64,000 nt of DNA from contig NC_017030.1 of NCBI RefSeq assembly GCF_000255295.1, forward strand, positions 6,230,328-6,294,327, in the 5' to 3' direction. Both the position numbers and the translations under genes were made by a program. Of the stretch, positions 57,961 through 64,000 are shown piece after piece. The first letter of the stretch is position 1. Each line of letters starts with the position of its first letter. The stretch is from Corallococcus coralloides DSM 2259 (GTDB lineage Bacteria > Myxococcota > Myxococcia > Myxococcales > Myxococcaceae). The notes beneath the pieces are model-generated. The model was not told where the DNA came from and searched no databases. It saw only the letters and a list, made by a program, of their open reading frames with translations.

Positions 57961-58893
57961 GTGGACGGCGCGGAGGCACTACCCTGCCCCGCCGTGGAAG
58001 CCTCTCTCGTCGACCGTGGCGCCGCGCTCCAGGAGCGCAACCGGAAGGTCCGCTTCGTCCTCCTGGCCATCCTCGTGGCCAACTGGGTGGTGGCCGCGGC
58101 CAAGCTCGTCTTCGGCCTCATGGCCCAGTCCGCGTCGGTGACGGCGGACGGGTTGCACTCGTTCATCGACGGCAGCTCCAACGTGCTGGGCCTGGTCGCC
58201 ATGGGCGTCGCGTCGCAGCCGGCGGACGCGGACCACCCCTATGGCCACGGCAAGTTCGAGGCGCTCGCCTCGCTGGGCATCGGCGCGATGATTGGCGTGG
58301 GCATGCTGGAGCTGGGGCGCATGGCGTTCGACTCGCTCGTGCACGACAAGCACCCCACGGTGTCGGTGACGATGGCGGCGGTGATGGTCTTCACCCTCGT
58401 CATCAACCTCATCGTCACCCGCGTGGAGCGGCACTACGGGCAGAAGTACAAGAGCTCCCTCCTGCTCGCGGACGCGCAGCACACGCTGTCGGACGTGTTC
58501 GTGACCATCGCGGTGCTCATCTCCATTGGACTGGTGGCGCTGGGCTTCCCTCGCGCGGACGGCCTGGTGGCCCTGGCCGTGATGGTCTTCGTCGCGCGGG
58601 TGGCCTACGGCATCGTCCGGCAGGCGGTGGGCATCCTCTCCGACACCGCGCGCCTGGACCCGGCGCAGGTGTCCCAGCACACGCTGGCGGTGGCCGGCGT
58701 GCGTTCCTGCCGCGACGTGCGCAGCCGGGGCATGGAGGAGAGCGTCTACGTGGACCTGAAGATTGAGGTCGACCCGCAGCTGACCACCGCGCAGGCCCAC
58801 GAAGTGGCCGACAAGGTGGAGGAGATCCTGCACGGCGCCTACCCGCAGGTGGTGGACGTGGTGGTCCACGTGGAGCCCGCCAGGGCCCGCTAG
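57961..58893 (+). CDS. Cation diffusion facilitator (CDF) family metal efflux transporter.
   Basis: 310 aa; 6 TM segments with HSFIDGSSN and HTLSDVFVTIAVL metal-site motifs and a C-terminal cytoplasmic domain. Confidence 0.85.
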   Translation: MDGAEALPCPAVEASLVDRGAALQERNRKVRFVLLAILVANWVVAAAKLVFGLMAQSASVTADGLHSFIDGSSNVLGLVAMGVASQPADADHPYGHGKFEALASLGIGAMIGVGMLELGRMAFDSLVHDKHPTVSVTMAAVMVFTLVINLIVTRVERHYGQKYKSSLLLADAQHTLSDVFVTIAVLISIGLVALGFPRADGLVALAVMVFVARVAYGIVRQAVGILSDTARLDPAQVSQHTLAVAGVRSCRDVRSRGMEESVYVDLKIEVDPQLTTAQAHEVADKVEEILHGAYPQVVDVVVHVEPARAR

Positions 58894-58959
58894 AAACACG
58901 AGGGCCGCCTTCCGATGCGCTGGAAGACGGCCCCGGTGACGGCTGCTGTCGAAGGCGGC

Positions 58960-61863
58960 TTACGCGACCTTCTGCGCGGGCGTGTCGTAGTCCTCGATGG
59001 GAGGGCACGAGCACACGAGCTTGCGGTCACCCAGCACGTTGTTCAGGCGTCCCACGGACGGCCAGAACTTGTTGTCGCGCACCCACGGCGTGGGGAACAC
59101 GGCCTGCTCGCGGGTGTACGGGCGGTTCCACTCCGGCGCGGTGAGCGTGCGCGCGGTGTGCGGCGCGTTCTTCAGGACGTTGTTGTCCTTGGGCGCGCGG
59201 CCCTCCTCCACGTCGCGGATCTCCTGGCGGATGGCGATCATCGCGTCGCAGAAGCGGTCCAGCTCCGCCTTGGACTCGGACTCCGTGGGCTCGATCATCA
59301 GCGTGCCCGCCACCGGGAACGACACGGTGGGCGCGTGGAAGCCGTAGTCCATGAGGCGCTTGGCCACGTCCTCCACCTCCACGCCCGCGGTCTTCTTGAG
59401 CGGACGCAGGTCCACGATGCACTCGTGGGCCACCCGGCCGCGCTTGCCCCGGTAGAGCACCGGGTAGTGCGGCTGGAGCCGCTCCGCGACGTAGTTGGCG
59501 TTGAGGATGGCCATCTTCGTGGCCTGCGTCAGGCCCTCGCCGCCCATCATCTGGATGTACATCCAGGAGATGAGCAGGATGCTCGCGCTGCCCCACGGCG
59601 CCGCGGAGATGGCGCCGATGGCGTCCGCCCCGCCCGTCTGGATGACGGGGTGTCCGGGGAGGAACTTCACCAGGTGGGACGCCACGCAGATGGGGCCCAT
59701 GCCCGGGCCGCCACCGCCGTGCGGGATGCAGAACGTCTTGTGCAGGTTGATGTGGCAGACGTCCGCGCCCACCAGGCCCGGCGCGGTGAGGCCCACCTGC
59801 GCGTTGAGGTTGGCGCCGTCCATGTACACCTGGCCGCCGCGCTCGTGGATGGCGGAGCAGATCTCGCGGATCTCCTCCTCGAACACGCCGTGCGTGGAGG
59901 GGTACGTCACCATCAGCGCGGCGAGCTTGTCCTTGTGCTCGTCCGCCTTGGCGCGCAGGTCGTTCAGGTCGATGTTGCCGTTCTCGTCGCACCTGGTGAC
60001 GACGACGCGGTAGCCGGCCATCACCGCGGAAGCCGGGTTGGTGCCGTGCGCGGAGGACGGGATGAGGCACACGTCGCGGTGCCCCTGCCCGCGCGCCTGG
60101 TGGTAGGCGCGAATCACGAGCAGACCCGCGTACTCACCCTGGCTGCCCGCGTTGGGCTGCAGCGAGCACCCGGCGAAGCCCGTCACCTGCGACAGCGCGT
60201 GCTCCAGCTGCTCGAAGATGACCTTGTAGCCGGCCGCCTGCGAGGTGGGCGCGAACGGGTGCAGCTTGCTGAACTGGGGCCACGTCACCGGGATCATCTC
60301 CGCGGTGGCGTTGAGCTTCATGGTGCAGCTGCCCAGCGGAATCATGGAGTGCGTGAGGGACAGGTCCTTCGCCTCCAGCCGGCGCACGTACCGCAGCATC
60401 TCCGTCTCGGAGTGGTAGCGGTTGAAGACCGGGTGCGTGAGGTACGCGCTCGTGCGGCGCAGCTCGGGGGCGAGCGGGCTCTCCAGGCCTTCGGCGACCT
60501 CGTCCAGGTTCACCGGGGACGCGGACTTGTTCGCGCCCTGGATGAAGGCCGCGAGGATGTCCTCCACGTCCTTGGCGCGCGTCGTCTCGTCCAGCGACAG
60601 GCCGAGCGTCTTCTCGTCGATGCGACGGAAGTTCATCTTCGCGGCTTCCGCGGAGGACAGCACGGCCCGCACCTGCGCGGGCAGCAGCTCCACGCGCAGC
60701 GTGTCGAAGAACTGCTCGTGCTTCGGCTTGAAGCCCAGCTTCGCCAGGCCCCGCGACAGCACCACCGTGAGCCCGTGCACGCGCTCCGCGATGGCCTTGA
60801 GCCCCTCCGGCCCGTGGTAGACGGCGTACATGCCGGCCATCACGGCCAGCAGCACCTGCGCGGTGCAGATGTTGCTCGTGGCCTTCTCACGGCGGATGTG
60901 CTGCTCGCGCGTCTGCAGCGCCATGCGCAGCGCGGGCCGGCCACCCGAGTCCTCGGACACGCCGATGAGGCGGCCCGGCATCACGCGGGTGTAGGCGTGC
61001 TTCGTGGCGAAGTAGGCGGCGTGCGGGCCGCCATAGCCCAGCGGCACGCCGAAGCGCTGCGCGCTGCCCACCACCGCGTCCGCGCCGAACTCGCCGGGCG
61101 CCGTGAGCAGCGTCAAGGACAGCAGGTCCGCCGCGACGACGAGCAGGCCGCCCGCCGCGTGCACCTTCTCACCGAAGGCGCGGTAGTCGTGCACCACGCC
61201 GTCCGTCGCCGGGTACTGCACCAGCGCGCCGAAGAACTTCTTCTGGGACAGGTCCACCGTGCGGTGGTCGCCCACGACGACCTCCACGCCCAGGGGGATC
61301 GCGCGCGTGCGCACCACGTCCACCGTCTGCGGGTGGCAGCCGTCGGAGACGAAGAACGCGCCCCCGTCCCCTTCTCCCTTGGCGTGCAGCGCGAGCGCCA
61401 TGGCCTCCGCCGCGGCGGTGCCTTCATCCAGCATGGAGGCGTTGGCCACCTCCATGCCGGTGAGGTCCGTCACCATCGTCTGGAAGTTGAGCAGCGCCTC
61501 CAACCGGCCCTGGGCGATCTCCGCCTGGTAGGGCGTGTACTGGGTGTACCAGCCCGGGTTCTGGAAGATGTTGCGCAGGATGACGTTGGGGACGTGGGTG
61601 TCGCTGTAGCCCATGCCGATGAAGGACCGGAACACCTGGTTCTTCGCGGCGATGGCCTCCAGCTGCGCCAGCACCTCGTTCTCGCCGCGGCCGGCGGGCA
61701 GGCGCAGGGGCTCCTGGGAGCGGATGGCGGGAGGCACGGCGCTCTCGATGAAGGCATCGAGCGAGGTGACGCCCAGAGAGGACAGCATCTGCTTCACTTC
61801 AGGGGTCTCCGGACCGATGTGACGGCCAGCGAAGGACTCCTGGTACTTCCAGTTGAGGGACAT
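58960..61863 (-). CDS. gcvP: Glycine dehydrogenase (decarboxylating), P protein.
   Basis: Start at [18 protein letters not shown]; about 967 aa, colinear with single-chain GcvP, including the PLP-lysine region [21 protein letters not shown]. Confidence 0.95.
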   Translation of the reverse strand: MSLNWKYQESFAGRHIGPETPEVKQMLSSLGVTSLDAFIESAVPPAIRSQEPLRLPAGRGENEVLAQLEAIAAKNQVFRSFIGMGYSDTHVPNVILRNIFQNPGWYTQYTPYQAEIAQGRLEALLNFQTMVTDLTGMEVANASMLDEGTAAAEAMALALHAKGEGDGGAFFVSDGCHPQTVDVVRTRAIPLGVEVVVGDHRTVDLSQKKFFGALVQYPATDGVVHDYRAFGEKVHAAGGLLVVAADLLSLTLLTAPGEFGADAVVGSAQRFGVPLGYGGPHAAYFATKHAYTRVMPGRLIGVSEDSGGRPALRMALQTREQHIRREKATSNICTAQVLLAVMAGMYAVYHGPEGLKAIAERVHGLTVVLSRGLAKLGFKPKHEQFFDTLRVELLPAQVRAVLSSAEAAKMNFRRIDEKTLGLSLDETTRAKDVEDILAAFIQGANKSASPVNLDEVAEGLESPLAPELRRTSAYLTHPVFNRYHSETEMLRYVRRLEAKDLSLTHSMIPLGSCTMKLNATAEMIPVTWPQFSKLHPFAPTSQAAGYKVIFEQLEHALSQVTGFAGCSLQPNAGSQGEYAGLLVIRAYHQARGQGHRDVCLIPSSAHGTNPASAVMAGYRVVVTRCDENGNIDLNDLRAKADEHKDKLAALMVTYPSTHGVFEEEIREICSAIHERGGQVYMDGANLNAQVGLTAPGLVGADVCHINLHKTFCIPHGGGGPGMGPICVASHLVKFLPGHPVIQTGGADAIGAISAAPWGSASILLISWMYIQMMGGEGLTQATKMAILNANYVAERLQPHYPVLYRGKRGRVAHECIVDLRPLKKTAGVEVEDVAKRLMDYGFHAPTVSFPVAGTLMIEPTESESKAELDRFCDAMIAIRQEIRDVEEGRAPKDNNVLKNAPHTARTLTAPEWNRPYTREQAVFPTPWVRDNKFWPSVGRLNNVLGDRKLVCSCPPIEDYDTPAQKVA

Positions 61864-61975
61864 GGTCGGAAGAGCTCGCGTGAGGTGCGTCAAGAAGGTC
61901 GGCGTCCGAGCGGGCTCGGCGCCTCATGGAGCGTCACTAACAACCGGGGCGCCCGACTTCTTGCGCGCGCGGTGA

Positions 61976-62359
61976 CTACTTGGTGAGCGGCTCGTAGGCG
62001 GCGGCGTCCAGGAGCTTGCCCACCTGGCCTGCGTCCGAGGGTTCGATCTCCACGATCCACCCCTGCCCGTACGGGTCGGAGTTGATGAGCGCCGGGCTGT
62101 TCGTGAGCTCGTCGTTCACCTTCACCACGGTGCCGGAGATGGGCGCGAACAGGTCGGACACGGCCTTGGTGGACTCGATGACGCCGAAGTTCTTGCCCTC
62201 GGTGAGGGTGGCGCCCAGCTTCGGCAGCTCCACGTACACGACGTCGCCCAGCGACTCCTGGGCGTGGTGCGTGACGCCCACCACGACGGTCTTGCCCGTG
62301 ATGCGGGCCCACTCGTGTTCCTTCGTGTACTTCAGGTCCTGCGGGATGTTGTCAGACAT
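61976..62359 (-). CDS. gcvH: Glycine cleavage system H protein.
   Basis: Start at MSDNIPQDLKYTKEHEW (GAGGAG RBS). Lipoyl-lysine motif ESTKAVSD. Confidence 0.95.
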   Translation of the reverse strand: MSDNIPQDLKYTKEHEWARITGKTVVVGVTHHAQESLGDVVYVELPKLGATLTEGKNFGVIESTKAVSDLFAPISGTVVKVNDELTNSPALINSDPYGQGWIVEIEPSDAGQVGKLLDAAAYEPLTK

Positions 62360-62397
62360 GGAGGCGGCTCCTCGCAAAGGGTGCGAACGGGAGGGAT

Positions 62398-63483
62398 TCA
62401 GGACTTCTTGAGGAAGGGGGTCTTCACGACGACCGCGGGCACGGCGCGGCCGCGGATCTCCACGTCGAAGGTGGAGCCTTCGGTGGCCAGGTTCGCGGGC
62501 ACGTAGCCCATGCCAATGGGCTTCTTCACGGTGGGGCCCTGCGTGCCGCTGGTGACCTCACCCACGCGCGCGCCGTCCTTGAGGATGGGGTAGCCATGGC
62601 GCGGGATGCCGGCGCCGGTGAGCTCGAAGCCCACCAGCTTGCGAGGCACGCCCGCGGCCTTCTGCGCGGCGAGCGCGTCCTTGCCGATGAAGCCGCCCGC
62701 CTTGTCCAGCTTGACGATCCACCCCAGGCCCGCCTCCAGGGCGGTGTGCGCGTCGTCGATGTCGTTGCCGTACAGCGCGTACTTCATCTCCGTGCGCAGC
62801 GAGTCGCGAGCGCCCAGGCCGCAGGGCTTCACGCCGTCCGGCTGCCCGGCCTCCAGGAGCGCGTCCCAGAGCTTCACGGCGTCGCCGGCGGCGCAGTACA
62901 GCTCGAAGCCGTCCTCGCCGGTGTAGCCCGTGCGGGAGATGATGGCCTTCACGCCGGCCACCTCCCCTTCCGTGAAGCGGTAGGTGCCCACCTGGGACAG
63001 GTCGGACTTCGTCAGGCGCTGCACCAGACCCACGGCCTTGGGGCCCTGGACGGCGATCTGCGCGTAGTCGTCGCTCTTGTCCACGGGCTTGACGCCCTCG
63101 GCGCGCGCGCTCATCCAGGCGAAGTCCTTCTCGCGGTTGCTGGAGTTGACGCAGATGAGGATGCGCTCGGGGCTGAAGCGGTAGGCGACGACGTCATCCA
63201 CGAAGCCGCCCAGGTCGTTGAGCAGGCCCGCGTAGACGGCCTGGCCGTCCTGGATACGGGCGAGGTCGTTGGAGATGAGCCGGTTCACGGTCTCCAGGGC
63301 GCCCGGGCCGGTGAACTCGATCTCCCCCATGTGGGAGACGTCGAAGAGGCCGACGGCGGTGCGCACGGCCTCGTGCTCGCCGATGACGGACGAGTACTGC
63401 ACCGGCATGTCCCAGCCGGCGAAGTCGACCATGCGGGCCCCCAGCTTGCGGTGGGCCTCGTTGAGGGGCGTACGCCGGGTCAT
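62398..63483 (-). CDS. gcvT: Aminomethyltransferase, glycine cleavage T protein.
   Basis: 361 aa; conserved GcvT (LFDVSHMGE...). Confidence 0.95.
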   Translation of the reverse strand: MTRRTPLNEAHRKLGARMVDFAGWDMPVQYSSVIGEHEAVRTAVGLFDVSHMGEIEFTGPGALETVNRLISNDLARIQDGQAVYAGLLNDLGGFVDDVVAYRFSPERILICVNSSNREKDFAWMSARAEGVKPVDKSDDYAQIAVQGPKAVGLVQRLTKSDLSQVGTYRFTEGEVAGVKAIISRTGYTGEDGFELYCAAGDAVKLWDALLEAGQPDGVKPCGLGARDSLRTEMKYALYGNDIDDAHTALEAGLGWIVKLDKAGGFIGKDALAAQKAAGVPRKLVGFELTGAGIPRHGYPILKDGARVGEVTSGTQGPTVKKPIGMGYVPANLATEGSTFDVEIRGRAVPAVVVKTPFLKKS

Positions 63484-63586
63484 TGACTTCTCCAGGGTGG
63501 CAAGGGGGTGGCGAAACGGCGCGGACTATAGCGGCGCACCTTCTTCAATCAAGGCCGACGCGGAAGGGACTAAACTCCTCCCGACA

Positions 63587-64000
63587 TGAAGATTCGCAAC
63601 TGCCTCAACCCCTCCAAGCCGAGCTTCTCCTTCGAGTTTTTTCCTCCCAAGACGGACGCGGGCGTGGCCTCGCTCCTGCGCACGGTGGAGGAGCTTGCGC
63701 CGCTGGAGCCGGGGTTCGTGTCGGTGACGTACGGGGCGGGCGGGAGCACGCGCGACCGGACGGTGGACCTGGTCACGCACATCAAGGAGAAGACCGGCAT
63801 CGAGGCGATGGCGCACCTGACGTGCGTGGGACACACCCGCGACGAGCTTCGTGACGTGCTGCGCCGGCTCGACGCGGCAGGCATCGAGAACGTGCTCCTC
63901 TTGCGCGGGGACCCGCCGCAGGGGCAGACGACGTTCGAGCCGGTGCCCGGGGGCTTCCGCTACGCGGAGGAGTTGGTCCGATTCGTCCGAGAAGAGGATT
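63587..64000 (+). CDS. metF: Methylenetetrahydrofolate reductase; partial, continues past the window end.
   Basis: MKIRNCLNPSKPSFSFEFFPPKTDAG...VTYGAGGSTR: MetF N-terminal signature. Not in the ORF track because it has no in-window stop. Confidence 0.85.

Noticed and set aside
63484-63586. Possible glycine riboswitch upstream of gcvT, or a SAM riboswitch upstream of metF.
   Set aside because: The divergent intergenic region is only 103 nt. Tandem glycine aptamers need about 200 nt, and I could not find the GGAGAG...CACCGAAGGGGCAA core. A weak CCTGGAGAA match sits directly against the start codon with no room for an aptamer. An Rfam scan would settle this.

Overview
This is a high-GC (~69%) myxobacterial-type chromosomal window, most likely Myxococcus or a close relative. 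Almost all genes are on the minus strand until about 41.4 kb. (1) Positions 1-8409 hold a Tad/Flp-like secretion-pilus module containing forkhead-associated (FHA) phosphothreonine-binding domains. Its genes are a CpaF/TadA-type ATPase with an N-terminal FHA domain (partial at the window edge), a CpaC/RcpA secretin, an A24 prepilin peptidase, a ribbon-helix-helix(RHH)+FHA fusion protein, and two large beta-propeller lipoproteins. From memory this matches the Myxococcus Kil Tad-like predation apparatus, cluster 1; no pilin, TadB/C or TadZ gene is in the window. (2) Next come glyQ-glyS, a membrane Ser/Thr kinase, a translationally coupled pair of paralogous Pol-beta-type nucleotidyltransferases of unknown function, a PfkB-family sugar kinase, recO, a RodZ-like helix-turn-helix (HTH) protein, a TPR lipoprotein, a lytic transglycosylase and two phasin-like proteins. 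(3) Positions 22.4-37.0 kb carry the fully conserved rif region: rpoC, rpoB, rplL, rplJ, rplA, rplK, nusG, secE, tRNA-Trp, rpmG, tuf, tRNA-Thr, tRNA-Gly, tRNA-Tyr and tRNA-Thr, with leader and attenuator hairpins. (4) A mixed housekeeping/envelope region follows: rlmB, rimK, a von Willebrand A (VWA) domain lipoprotein, a DsrE-like protein, a HEAT-repeat protein, a HAD hydrolase, an AT-hook protein, hrpB, a GNAT acetyltransferase, a FliK-like domain protein, ferredoxin, asd, a rhodanese, an acyl-CoA dehydrogenase, tRNA-Cys, a beta-helix lipoprotein, a SpoIID/LytB protein, a TonB-like protein and a CDF transporter. (5) The gcvT-gcvH-gcvP operon is divergent from metF (partial). No CRISPR array, transposase or integrase was seen. 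Many long plus-strand ORFs in the track are antisense shadows typical of high-GC DNA.
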